IMG/VR virus record: IMGVR_UViG_3300018916_000001
Span: 32,001-96,000 of that record
Source: a virus
Reading direction: 5' to 3' (one strand)
Length of the DNA stretch: 64,000 bases
Shown: positions 18,801 through 27,300 of the stretch, one piece after another
How positions within the stretch are numbered: the first letter of the stretch is position 1
Layout of the letters: each line of letters begins with the position of its first letter
The notes under the pieces: generated by a model
Seen by the model: only the letters and a program-made list of their open reading frames with translations
The model's database searches: none
Told to the model about the DNA's origin: nothing
Program-made: the position numbers and the translations under genes

Positions 18801-19107
18801 TAATCTCTATAGATCTGAAATACAGAATAAATATAGTAATAAATACAAATATAGTCAAAATTTATGGAGTGAAAAAGAAATAGCTAGTCTACAAAAGCAA
18901 TATGTGAAAGCTAGTGATATTGTTACAGCTAGAAATACTTATCAATCTTATCTAGAAGAAACAGAAGATATATTAGCTAAGTTAAGCAGCTTCGAGAAGA
19001 GTATAAGTGATTCGACTATTAAATTCTCTTCCTATGAAAATGATAATATAAAAGAAAAACTCTCTAAATTACCAAGTATAAGAAAAATAAAATTCTATGA
19101 GAAGTAG
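15859..19107 (+). CDS. Giant Mu gpF/SPP1 gp7-like head morphogenesis protein
   Basis: RIAETEISLAYNLGR, CNHC, PPFHVSCWC motifs; hydrophobic helix and long coiled-coil extension. Confidence 0.8.
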   Translation: MATVLKKKKSKSSLDINYVDKFVNSVENKLYNFNLMFLTPYKKELDNGDSSVLNKISKNFNLPTLIIKNALDELWNHHWILGQQDVLSSEKNKRSNYSISSNELITFAIDPNQKIVDSRVEKRILKEQSIRVAALQKELNRKNLNQSDKNTIKANLDLISNELQQFLGSLGSRNVTQDKKNKQFASVDVRVRDLQETIRTMELKLSESNAPNPNTNGIDILNSTEFGTIYQNKRTLLLAQNYSEDYKKNVIKKIRDYFSNNEGVRPNNREQKLFNALTTRQENENQEYYQKLLKDPDLKGEDRTALTAIEDFIDQIKDNKSLNDKQIQKFATGESGYGNDAKVNLATTRLKNQTAKSDLYKDLAQQLIDLIQPYKDNKKVARYKENIPKIRNAGDIRNLLKTIKEREVKNILIDGQYKEGAFDSKSGKYKPIESIENTASNIFGIRRIKRIAETEISLAYNLGRLKKLEELGYKKVRVTNEAENRTNRDRVLALQELQKVKESYRLNKAYRLPNSKSYMPILCNHCLGRKGDEFDIQTDKVYESNVNTPYNQVDKRYSLFPPFHVSCWCYFEGVEDSRKAGVINTKVPPIKDGLVLSGIGLLSVASAYIAFNVLKRNPVAKNLTQTVFDRATDVRNTFNDALKRPKVNLPLNLTPKQIEDSRKILDVTDEAFEQIESNTRNLLGVSNVSKKSGDAVLDAIDNSLVGRSYKTLNENAKSFNGVLDDIPDYVRNLKPVIDSRERYYTLRNIIYDKSVPIETRKSIYNQYLIARREYEKQISNHLNRTRNLKSTVNNIQSQLTLDANRQILGNIDNFPPNTNLEDALNSVRSRNALTLTDTQLKSIRNNLATERKGIQEKINVESKVIDNTLDGIDTKQKAIDLKDSYRNIRNLSDSYISRNKALDKVITNIDSIKKELNNTTKLGNTKRNLLNSRLNSSNPIDRQYLLDNQEKYIKDVIKQQQLIISELKKLPKNDSELDDFINLYRSEIQNKYSNKYKYSQNLWSEKEIASLQKQYVKASDIVTARNTYQSYLEETEDILAKLSSFEKSISDSTIKFSSYENDNIKEKLSKLPSIRKIKFYEK

Positions 19108-20179
19108 TCGATATATCACATTTTCAGGAAATCAAAAAGTAAAAAAAGATATTAAAGTTAAAGGTTATGTAAGAAAAGGTAAGTTTGTTAGGTCATTTAA
19201 TAGAGAACAAAATGTAAATCAAATTGCTCTTAAAGTAGCTGGTGTAAGTTTAGCTGTGTTAGGTGGTGCGTTAGGTATTGGTATTACTGGAGCTGCTGTT
19301 ACTAAATTTAGATATAACAAGAATCTAGTTGATTTCGGTAAAAAGATTGCTAATGGTACTGCTGATATTCCATCTATGAAAATTCCTGAAGGTGTTAAAA
19401 AGATAAAACCACCTTATAGAATTGATGCAGACAAAGATGACCTTACTTTTTTTATAGGAGGTATGGGTAGAGCAGAAGATGCTTTAGGAGAAAAGTTAAT
19501 GAAAACTGTTAGAGCTTCATTTAAAGCAAGAGGTAAAGATATAACTAAACGACATGAGTTAGTCCCTCTCTTTCACAATTATCAGGTTAAGAGAGATGTA
19601 AATCTAAAAGTTTTAGGAAAAGATTTAAGTGACACTCCTGTAGCAAAGATGGGTCAAGAGATATATGACGTATTTAATAAAGCTGCTATTAAAGGATATA
19701 ACGAAGACTCACTTATTATGGCGAATGAAATTTATAAATGGCACAAGCTCAATCCTACTAAACCTATCAACTTAATTACTGCTAGTGGAGGAGGTTTTCA
19801 AGGTAAAGATGTTCCTCACTTATTGAATGCTGCTGGAGTAGACCCAAAATTAATGAAAGTATTTTCTACTGCTACACCTGATTACGGTATTGTAGATGAG
19901 ATTGTTCCTACTTTAAAAGTCATGCACACTGATGATATGTATGCAAGAACTATTCCTAAGATTAAACAACTAAATTTACCATCTTTACATAGAGGAACTA
20001 CTTGGGTCGGCCCTGGAGATACACCAGAATATAGAGCAATGCTAAAGAAAGGAAATAAAATGGTTTCAGATTACGAGATGCCTGCTGCTGTTCACTTTGC
20101 TCCTGCATATTTCAATGGAGAAACTCTATCTTCTAAGAAAACTTTAAAGTTGCTTGAGAATTTTATGTTTAATGATTAA
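19097..20179 (+). CDS. Leader + basic motif + Gly-rich TM + alpha/beta-hydrolase-like domain (putative capsid cargo)
   Basis: ITF|S leader, VKGYVRKGKFVRSF, TM, FFIGGMG, INLITASGGG nucleophile elbow, HTDD, AVHF. Confidence 0.6.
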   Translation: MRSSRYITFSGNQKVKKDIKVKGYVRKGKFVRSFNREQNVNQIALKVAGVSLAVLGGALGIGITGAAVTKFRYNKNLVDFGKKIANGTADIPSMKIPEGVKKIKPPYRIDADKDDLTFFIGGMGRAEDALGEKLMKTVRASFKARGKDITKRHELVPLFHNYQVKRDVNLKVLGKDLSDTPVAKMGQEIYDVFNKAAIKGYNEDSLIMANEIYKWHKLNPTKPINLITASGGGFQGKDVPHLLNAAGVDPKLMKVFSTATPDYGIVDEIVPTLKVMHTDDMYARTIPKIKQLNLPSLHRGTTWVGPGDTPEYRAMLKKGNKMVSDYEMPAAVHFAPAYFNGETLSSKKTLKLLENFMFND

Positions 20180-20398
20180 TTTAGTGATAAGTGCTATATA
20201 ACTTCTACATTCATAAATTTCTAAAGATCTTATAATACTGAAATACTGATTAATTGTTATGTCTACTTTTCCATTTTCTATTTTGGATAACTCAGCTTGA
20301 GAATACGAGAGAATCTTACCAAATTCTATTTGACTTAATTTCTTATCTTCTCTGTAATTTCTAAGTTGTCTACCAAAATTAATATTAGTCTCAAACAT
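20144..20398 (-). CDS. XRE-family HTH transcription regulator
   Basis: FGRQLRNYREDKKLSQIEFGKILSYSQAELSKIENG. Confidence 0.9.
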   Translation of the reverse strand: MFETNINFGRQLRNYREDKKLSQIEFGKILSYSQAELSKIENGKVDITINQYFSIIRSLEIYECRSYIALITKLIIKHKILKQL

Positions 20399-20479
20399 TA
20401 TTCTCTAAACGAATCACTATAATATTAGTAATCGTAGCATAGAGATTGGTGCTATAACAAAAATATATAAGAAAGAGTT

Positions 20480-20719
20480 ATGTCAAAAAGTAAATTATTA
20501 TTACAAAAAGCTACTAGAGCTGCTGGAATGGCTGGAGCTGGAGCTGGTGCTGGGTGGGGTGTAGGTTATGCGGTTGGTGGAAATAACACTAAAGTTCCAA
20601 TGCTAGTTAAAGGTAAACTTAAAACTAAGACAAAGAAAGCCCCTACTATTCAAAGAGCTGCTGCTATTGGAGGATTATTGACTGGAGCAAGTGTAGGATT
20701 ATTAAAGAAAAAACTATGA
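20480..20719 (+). CDS. Small basic glycine-zipper protein
   Basis: AAGMAGAGAGAGWGVGYAVGG and AAAIGGLLTGASVGLL with Lys-rich ends. Confidence 0.7.
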   Translation: MSKSKLLLQKATRAAGMAGAGAGAGWGVGYAVGGNNTKVPMLVKGKLKTKTKKAPTIQRAAAIGGLLTGASVGLLKKKL

Positions 20720-21651
20720 CAATTATACATTTTAATACTATACCTACTCCATTAAAAGAAGTAGAAAATGACGACCCTAACTCACTAACTAAAGAAGGAT
20801 TAATATTCTACTCTACTTTAGAAAATACTCCTCATATAGATAGTAGAAAGAAATCACATAACTTTCCACCAGATAAGATTTATCAGTTAGTAGAAAATAC
20901 TAATAAACATTTTGATATGTCTGAAGTTGGTATTCCTGTACTTACTGAACATAAAAAAGATGTAGGAAATGTTGTAGGTTTTATTGAATCTCCTGTAGAA
21001 GCTAAAGTAATAGACGAATCTTATACTAAAGGAAATCCTAAGTTAAAACATTTACTAGGAAGAGTAGGAGTATTCGTTAAAGATGTAGTTATCAAAACTC
21101 CTGAAATTATTGATAGGATGAAGAGAGGTTTAGCTAAAACAGTATCGGCAGGAATTGATTTAGATTCTTTTTCTATTAAAGAACTTTCTCTTGTTGCTTT
21201 ACCTGCTATACCTAATGCTACACTTTATAGTTATCATAAAGATAAATCAACTCCAAACATGAAAAAAATAAAAAATAAAAATCTACTAATTGCTAAAGGT
21301 GTTACTAATGAAAGTAACTATTCATTATCTATAGAAGAAGCACTTAATTCTGCTCAAACTCTAGAAGAACAAAGGGCAGAAGCTCAGAAAGTTTTTGATG
21401 CTTTTCTAGAAGTAATAGAAAATGCAAATGAAATGGACGAAGAAGAAATGGCTTCTATGGGAATTCAAGATCCTTCAGAAATTATTCAATCTGCTGTAGA
21501 AGATTTAGGAATGAGATTAACAGAAATGTTCTTAACTCCTCCTGAACCTGTAGAACCTCAAGCTCCGGTAGCTCCTATGGCAAAACCTGGTATTGGTATG
21601 AAAACTAGAACATATAAATTTTCTCCTGAATTAATTCAATTTACAAAATAA
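20716..21651 (+). CDS. Prohead maturation protease
   Basis: PVLTEH, VVGFI, TVSAG (Ser), ELSLVALPAIPNA; upstream of scaffold and capsid. Confidence 0.8.
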   Translation: MTIIHFNTIPTPLKEVENDDPNSLTKEGLIFYSTLENTPHIDSRKKSHNFPPDKIYQLVENTNKHFDMSEVGIPVLTEHKKDVGNVVGFIESPVEAKVIDESYTKGNPKLKHLLGRVGVFVKDVVIKTPEIIDRMKRGLAKTVSAGIDLDSFSIKELSLVALPAIPNATLYSYHKDKSTPNMKKIKNKNLLIAKGVTNESNYSLSIEEALNSAQTLEEQRAEAQKVFDAFLEVIENANEMDEEEMASMGIQDPSEIIQSAVEDLGMRLTEMFLTPPEPVEPQAPVAPMAKPGIGMKTRTYKFSPELIQFTK

Positions 21652-21652
21652 T

Positions 21653-21970
21653 ATGAAACAAAATAAATTTGCTGATTTCGCACGTATCGATCCTTCTAAA
21701 GGTCAATATGGTTACTTCCCTAATAAAAATAAAAACAAACTAGAAAACTTAGTTAGTGGTGGTAAAAGAAATATAAAAAATCTTGGTAATGCTGTTGGTG
21801 GCGCTCTTAAAAATGCAGGAAATGTTGCAGGTGGAGCGATTGGTAAAGGTGCTGGATTTGTTAAACGGAATCCTGTTAAAGCTGCTGCTGGTTTAGGTGC
21901 TTTAGCTGCTGCTGGTGGATTAGGTATGGCAGGTTATAAAGCAATGAAAGGGAATAGGAAAAAGAAATAA
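21653..21970 (+). CDS. Basic Gly/Ala-rich protein (putative capsid cargo)
   Basis: FADF|A leader; GNAVGGA repeats; AAAGLGALAAAGGLGMAGY. Confidence 0.7.
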   Translation: MKQNKFADFARIDPSKGQYGYFPNKNKNKLENLVSGGKRNIKNLGNAVGGALKNAGNVAGGAIGKGAGFVKRNPVKAAAGLGALAAAGGLGMAGYKAMKGNRKKK

Positions 21971-22980
21971 TGAACAAATCAAAAGAAAGACAAGAGTGTT
22001 TTAAACTTTATAATCAAATTATTGATGGATTAGAAGCTTCTTATTCTAGAGATGAAATTAACGATGCTGAATTTAGTCAACTTAAAACTAAGACACTTAC
22101 AGAATTAGAACAATCCTTAGCAGATTTAACAGATATACAATTCTCACAAAATATGAAAACAAATTACGCAAACTTTAATATGAATACTCGATTTGTTCCT
22201 GCATTAGTAGAACAGATTGAAGAAAATTATGAAACGATTGAAGATGGAATGCTTGATATTCAAGATGCCACTGATATTACAGATGATGAAGTAAAAGGCT
22301 TATTTACTGGAGAGTTAGTACCTACCGCAAAAATGGTAGATATTCTCAATGGTTTATTTGAAGCTACTTCTACTGATAATAATATGGCTTTAGGTATGCA
22401 AGTTCTAGCTGCTCTTGACCGTGGAGATTTAGATGAAGAAGATCTCTATGAAGATGGTAGCGAAGAAGAAATGGAAGAAATAGATGAAGAAGATGAAGAT
22501 AGTGACGATGATGAGGAAGATGAAGTAGAACAACCTTCTATCAAATCTAAGAAAGATTCTCGTGCTGTATATTCCGCTATTGACCCACGACTTCAAGAGT
22601 TAGAATCTAAAATTGCTGATTTTGAACTTAACTCAGAACTTAAGAATCGTCTTTCTGAAATAGCTGAATTTGCACGTCAAGGAATTAATGATGGTTGGTT
22701 ATCTAGAGCTAAACGGGATTTACTTTTAGGTTCTTTTGAACGTGAAGATGATAGAGTCGCAGCTTTCTCTCAAACAGCAGAACAGAATAATGTAGATCTT
22801 TATACTCAGCTTTATGCAGTTCAATTTGCGTTAGAAGCAGATGAAGCTTGTGGAGAACGAGTAATGTTTTCTAGATATGTTAGCGAACCTCAAACTGCTG
22901 CAAAGAAAGATGATGATGATTTAGCTCTCTTACAAATTAAGAAGATGGTAGAAAATCGTCAGTTGTTTAATAAAAATTAA
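21970..22980 (+). CDS. Capsid scaffolding protein
   Basis: Acidic and helical; lies between protease and decoration/capsid genes; many xxF|S/A motifs. Confidence 0.7.
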   Translation: MNKSKERQECFKLYNQIIDGLEASYSRDEINDAEFSQLKTKTLTELEQSLADLTDIQFSQNMKTNYANFNMNTRFVPALVEQIEENYETIEDGMLDIQDATDITDDEVKGLFTGELVPTAKMVDILNGLFEATSTDNNMALGMQVLAALDRGDLDEEDLYEDGSEEEMEEIDEEDEDSDDDEEDEVEQPSIKSKKDSRAVYSAIDPRLQELESKIADFELNSELKNRLSEIAEFARQGINDGWLSRAKRDLLLGSFEREDDRVAAFSQTAEQNNVDLYTQLYAVQFALEADEACGERVMFSRYVSEPQTAAKKDDDDLALLQIKKMVENRQLFNKN

Positions 22981-22994
22981 TAGGTAAATAAATA

Positions 22995-23831
22995 ATGTTT
23001 GTAAGATACGGATCAACAGATTCAGAAAAAGCTATTATTGCTTATCCTCGTAATATTAGAGTTCCTTACCACGTTTATATGACTGGTAAACATATCTCAC
23101 CTAATAAAGAAGGTAGACGTGCATTAGTAGAAGGTCATTTTGTTTCTAAGAAAGATGGAGTTCATAGATTTCTTCCACGTTCTAGAGTAACTACTACTCC
23201 TAGCGGTAATCGATTTAAAGTTAAGAATCCCTATGTATTTGTACCAGGAGATACTCTATATATCATTCAGCCAATAGCAGTATTACCTGTGTCTGGTGTA
23301 GGTGAAGCTGGTATTACCATCAATAAAAATAGAACGTTTAAGTATACTCCGGTTGGTGCAGCTAATACAACTGAAGCAGCTAGTATGATTGCTTCTTATT
23401 TTAATAGTCAACCTGATATTGCAGAATTGTTAGAACTAATTCCTTCTGGAGCTAATATTTCTTTCTATTCTCCAATTAGTCAACCTCTTGTAACTTTTAC
23501 TCCTAGCGGTACTTTAGGTACTACTGAGACTACTACTGCTGTAAATACTACTCCTATCGGTACTATCCAAGCGATTGATATTGAAACTGAAGAATTTATC
23601 TTTGCTTCTAATGTCACTGCTACTTTACCTATAAATGCTGTAGTAGGAGTTCCCCAAGATGAAGTGCTAGGTATTTTTACTCACTCAGTTGATTATACTG
23701 CTGGTGGTATTACTTCTCAACATATTGGAGTAATTGATGAAGCTAAGGTCTATAAGTTAGCATTACCTCACTATGATAATTCTCTTGCTTATGAATGTCC
23801 TCGCCTTCATGTTCGAGAAGTATGGTCTTAG
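22995..23831 (+). CDS. Head decoration/cement protein
   Basis: Beta-rich, immediately upstream of the major capsid gene. Confidence 0.65.
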   Translation: MFVRYGSTDSEKAIIAYPRNIRVPYHVYMTGKHISPNKEGRRALVEGHFVSKKDGVHRFLPRSRVTTTPSGNRFKVKNPYVFVPGDTLYIIQPIAVLPVSGVGEAGITINKNRTFKYTPVGAANTTEAASMIASYFNSQPDIAELLELIPSGANISFYSPISQPLVTFTPSGTLGTTETTTAVNTTPIGTIQAIDIETEEFIFASNVTATLPINAVVGVPQDEVLGIFTHSVDYTAGGITSQHIGVIDEAKVYKLALPHYDNSLAYECPRLHVREVWS

Positions 23832-23886
23832 TAATATAAGAGAAGAAGAGAAATATATACAATTAATAAAAATTAATAAATAAAAT

Positions 23887-25053
23887 ATGTCACACGTTGC
23901 TACATTTTTCAATGAACGGTTTATCTCCAAGCAAGTAATGGCTATGGTAGATGAAACTGAACAAAATTTAATTAAAAGAAGTAAGTTAATCGACCCGTAC
24001 TTCCCTACTCAAATGTTTGATAGTAGAGACTTTGTAGGTCTATTGACTAAACGGGTTGCTCCTGCTGCATCTATCGTTGCGTATGGCGCTGAAATTCCAT
24101 TGGTTAACTTTGGTGGAATTGAACGTATGGCAGCTACATTATTCAAGTTGGGTACTTCACGTCTCTATGATGAAGAAACTCAATGGAAAATGATTGAAGC
24201 TCAAAATATGGCAATTGCTAAAGGTATTAGAGTTCAACGAGTTTATAACCCTGATGGAACCGTAACTCCTGGGGCAGATGCAGACTTGGCACGAGCTTTA
24301 TTTGGAGTAGTTGAAGATTTACTTAAAGGTATTACTGATCGGATGGATCACATGAAGTGGCAGGTAGCTTCTACTGGCGCTATTGATATGAAAGATCCTA
24401 AGACTGGTGCATTAGTACAACTAGATTTTAAAAAGCCAGGTGTAAATTACAATCACTTCCCAGCTCCTTTGACTCAAACTGGTAATACTGTCACTCCTAC
24501 TCAAAACAAATGGACTGATCATGAAAATGCTCGTGGCCTTGAGAATCTTAGTGATGCGGTAGAAACTTATTATGATACTAACGGTTATGCCCCGGATAAG
24601 ATTGTAATGAGTCGTAAGTGTTGGAGAGATTTCTTACATCAGAAGAGTACAAGAGATGCTGCCCGTCAATTGACTACTACTGAATTAGGTTTAGTCTCTG
24701 CTGATATGGGTAAAAAACTATTAGAAGCTCGTGATATTCCTGAAGTAGTCACATTTGAAGAAAAATATCAAGAACAATTACCTGATGGTTCTATAGTAGA
24801 TGTTAACTTCTTAAATAACAATCGAATTGTGTTTCTGAAGAATAATATGGGTATTAGTGCTATCGGCCCAACTATTGAGTCTGTTAAGGAAGTTGTTGGT
24901 GGTGGAGATACTAAGATTGAACCTAAATCAGGTATTTATGTTAGTACCTACGAAGAAAACAAACATCCTGTACATGACGTATCAATGGCGACTGCTACAT
25001 TTGTACCTATTGTAATGAATCCTAAGCAACTATTCTCTTGGCAGGTACGATAA
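23887..25053 (+). CDS. Major capsid protein (lambda gpE-like HK97 fold)
   Basis: 388 aa; APAASIVAYGAEIP, WQVASTGAI, PDKIVMS, ATATFVPIVMNP. Confidence 0.85.
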   Translation: MSHVATFFNERFISKQVMAMVDETEQNLIKRSKLIDPYFPTQMFDSRDFVGLLTKRVAPAASIVAYGAEIPLVNFGGIERMAATLFKLGTSRLYDEETQWKMIEAQNMAIAKGIRVQRVYNPDGTVTPGADADLARALFGVVEDLLKGITDRMDHMKWQVASTGAIDMKDPKTGALVQLDFKKPGVNYNHFPAPLTQTGNTVTPTQNKWTDHENARGLENLSDAVETYYDTNGYAPDKIVMSRKCWRDFLHQKSTRDAARQLTTTELGLVSADMGKKLLEARDIPEVVTFEEKYQEQLPDGSIVDVNFLNNNRIVFLKNNMGISAIGPTIESVKEVVGGGDTKIEPKSGIYVSTYEENKHPVHDVSMATATFVPIVMNPKQLFSWQVR

Positions 25054-25511
25054 TGAAGAAATACTTTCTTTTAAGAAATATCATTACTAAAGATGGAAAC
25101 TTACTTTTTGCTCGAACTGCTCCTTATATGGAAGGTGAGATTCCCAAAGAATTTATTAACCCGTTAAATGTACAAGTAATAGAAGATAGTCAGGCTATTG
25201 TCTATACACAAACCTCTATCGATAATGCTGTTAATCATCTCAACCCACCTAATGATGTAACTAGTTTAACTCCTAAGTTTTATGACCCAGAAAAGTTAAC
25301 TATCGTTCAAAAATTAGATATTAATACTTTGACCTTAGATCAACTTAAAGAACTTAAAGGTATTGGAGAGAAGACGGCAGTGCAATTAGTATCTAGTAGA
25401 CCTTATAAAGATTTAGCTGAATTAACTACTAAAGTTAAACCTCCTACTGGAAAAACTTGGGAAGACTTTAATTTTATGTTTAGTCAACCTCCTACTATCT
25501 CTGAAGTTTAA
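25053..25511 (+). CDS. Helix-hairpin-helix (ComEA-like) domain protein
   Basis: LDINTLTLDQLKELKGIGEKTAVQLVSSRPY; ATG overlaps the capsid stop. Confidence 0.8.
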   Translation: MKKYFLLRNIITKDGNLLFARTAPYMEGEIPKEFINPLNVQVIEDSQAIVYTQTSIDNAVNHLNPPNDVTSLTPKFYDPEKLTIVQKLDINTLTLDQLKELKGIGEKTAVQLVSSRPYKDLAELTTKVKPPTGKTWEDFNFMFSQPPTISEV

Positions 25512-25541
25512 TCATATCTCTAGTACATCTAATTAATCCTA

Positions 25542-25577
25542 AAGTATAGTTTGCTAGAGAGCTATACTTATTTTTTT
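25542..25577 (+). terminator. Intrinsic terminator after the capsid operon
   Basis: AAGTATAG/CTATACTT stem plus T7. Confidence 0.7.
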
Positions 25578-25579
25578 AT

Positions 25580-26005
25580 ATGCTCATTCAATCAAAAATC
25601 ACAAGTCTTCAAGTAGTAAGAGATTGTACTAAAGAAAAACCTCAGATATATTTGAGAAATTCTAAACATTCTATAAGAGATACTATTCCTGTTGTATTAG
25701 ATATAGCGTCTAGTGAACCTATCAAGTTAAATAATATAGGATTAGCATTTAAGTTATATCATCAATTGAGTGGAATATTACTTAAGCAATATGATACTAA
25801 TAGCTTTGTGTTTCCTATAGTAGAAATGAATTCTATTAGAGCTATTCTCTATATAAATGGGATAGATATAAAAACCTTCTATCAAAATAAGAGTTTAGAG
25901 TTTCCTAATAAACTTCAAGGTATTAGCTACTCACTAGATATATCAGTTAAAACTACTCAAAATATTTCAAATTATACAGACTCAGGAGAATTTTATGTCT
26001 ATTAA
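25580..26005 (+). CDS. Hypothetical virion-module protein (beta-sandwich-like)
   Basis: Location; C-terminal DSGEFYVY. Confidence 0.6.
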   Translation: MLIQSKITSLQVVRDCTKEKPQIYLRNSKHSIRDTIPVVLDIASSEPIKLNNIGLAFKLYHQLSGILLKQYDTNSFVFPIVEMNSIRAILYINGIDIKTFYQNKSLEFPNKLQGISYSLDISVKTTQNISNYTDSGEFYVY

Positions 26006-26405
26006 GTTTATAGGGTCTGTTAATACTAGCTACAAAAGAGGTAAAGATAAGACTAAACGTAAAAGTCGAGGTTTACTAACTGCTGCTGGTTTAGGTGTTA
26101 TTGGTACAGTAGCTGGAAGTAGTTTAGCTCAAAGCGGACTAATAGTAGATAAGCTTAAAAAAGTAGGTAGCAAATCCGGCTATAAGTTCAATATACTAGA
26201 TAAGACAATGGCTCATGGTTTTGGACAATATATAGTTAAAAATATGCACGATAACCCAGAAAAATCAAAAGTAATTACGAAACAACTAAAAGTTCTTAAT
26301 AAAGCTAAATTACGTGGAGGAATTAAAGGTGCTGCAATTGGTGCTGGTATAGGTTTAGGAAGTACATATCTAATAAATAAATTAAGAAATAAGGATAAAA
26401 ATTAA
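25995..26405 (+). CDS. Basic glycine-zipper protein (putative capsid cargo)
   Basis: MSIKFIGSVNTSY|KRGKDKTKRKSR; two GxxxG helices. Confidence 0.75.
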   Translation: MSIKFIGSVNTSYKRGKDKTKRKSRGLLTAAGLGVIGTVAGSSLAQSGLIVDKLKKVGSKSGYKFNILDKTMAHGFGQYIVKNMHDNPEKSKVITKQLKVLNKAKLRGGIKGAAIGAGIGLGSTYLINKLRNKDKN

Positions 26406-26806
26406 TGTCTATTAAAACTACTACTTATAGAGAATGGAGAGATAATCGATTAGCAGGTTCAGTAATTCCAAGGTCAGATGATTTACCTTTAGGAGTTAAC
26501 TTAGAATCTATGGACAATCCATCTATTTTAGGAGCTGGAGTATCTATTAGTTTCACAGTATTTACTAATACTTCTACTACTAACTTTGGCGTTGGTAATT
26601 ATGGTACTTATAGTGGGTTATCTCCTATAGTTACAGAACCCAATAAAATTATCTTCAAAGGTTTAGTAGAAAAAGAAACTATTCAATCGAAGTTAGACCC
26701 AAAGCTAGATTCTTCTATTTATTTCGTTACTAAAGCAATGTTTCCAGATACAGCAGAAGTAACTATAGATGAAGGATACTTCACCAGTAAAGTAACTCTT
26801 ATTTAA
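26405..26806 (+). CDS. Hypothetical virion protein
   Basis: Translationally coupled within the structural operon. Confidence 0.6.
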   Translation: MSIKTTTYREWRDNRLAGSVIPRSDDLPLGVNLESMDNPSILGAGVSISFTVFTNTSTTNFGVGNYGTYSGLSPIVTEPNKIIFKGLVEKETIQSKLDPKLDSSIYFVTKAMFPDTAEVTIDEGYFTSKVTLI

Positions 26807-26815
26807 TTTAGATAT

Positions 26816-27298
26816 ATGATTTATTTCGGGATGAATAGTATAAGTCTTAGAGCTGTTACAAAACTATTTAATAAAAAAGATAAAGATAAGGATAAAAACT
26901 TTAAATCTAAAAAAATGTTAATACCCAAAAAAGTTCTCTATAATTTTGACTTTACTAATAATATTGAATTTGGCAGAAATAAAGGTTCTAAAGATAAAAG
27001 AAAGAGAATAGTTAAAAATAATTCTAGTGCAGAAGGTCAAGCACCCTTACTTCCTATAGGTCAAGAACGTACTGGTCATAAATATTATCAGAAACGTAGA
27101 GCATTAGCTTATGTAGGAGGTGCAACTCTTGGCGGAGGAATTATAGGTGGTCTTATTGGTGGAAAATTTAGAACTAATAAAGCTGTTAATACAGGTATTC
27201 TATTAGGTAGCGTTTTAACAGGAGGTAGCGTTTTACTAGATCATGCAAAAAATAAATATAGCCCATTTTATCAAAAAAACTTATTTAAAAAGAAATAA
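26816..27298 (+). CDS. Basic glycine-zipper protein (putative capsid cargo)
   Basis: MIYFG..., NNIEF|GRNKGSKDKRKR, VGGATLGGGIIGGLIGG. Confidence 0.7.
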   Translation: MIYFGMNSISLRAVTKLFNKKDKDKDKNFKSKKMLIPKKVLYNFDFTNNIEFGRNKGSKDKRKRIVKNNSSAEGQAPLLPIGQERTGHKYYQKRRALAYVGGATLGGGIIGGLIGGKFRTNKAVNTGILLGSVLTGGSVLLDHAKNKYSPFYQKNLFKKK

Positions 27299-27300
27299 TT

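Noticed and set aside
22430-22530. GAA/GAT low-complexity run
   Set aside because: Encodes the acidic linker of the scaffold; not an independent DNA repeat
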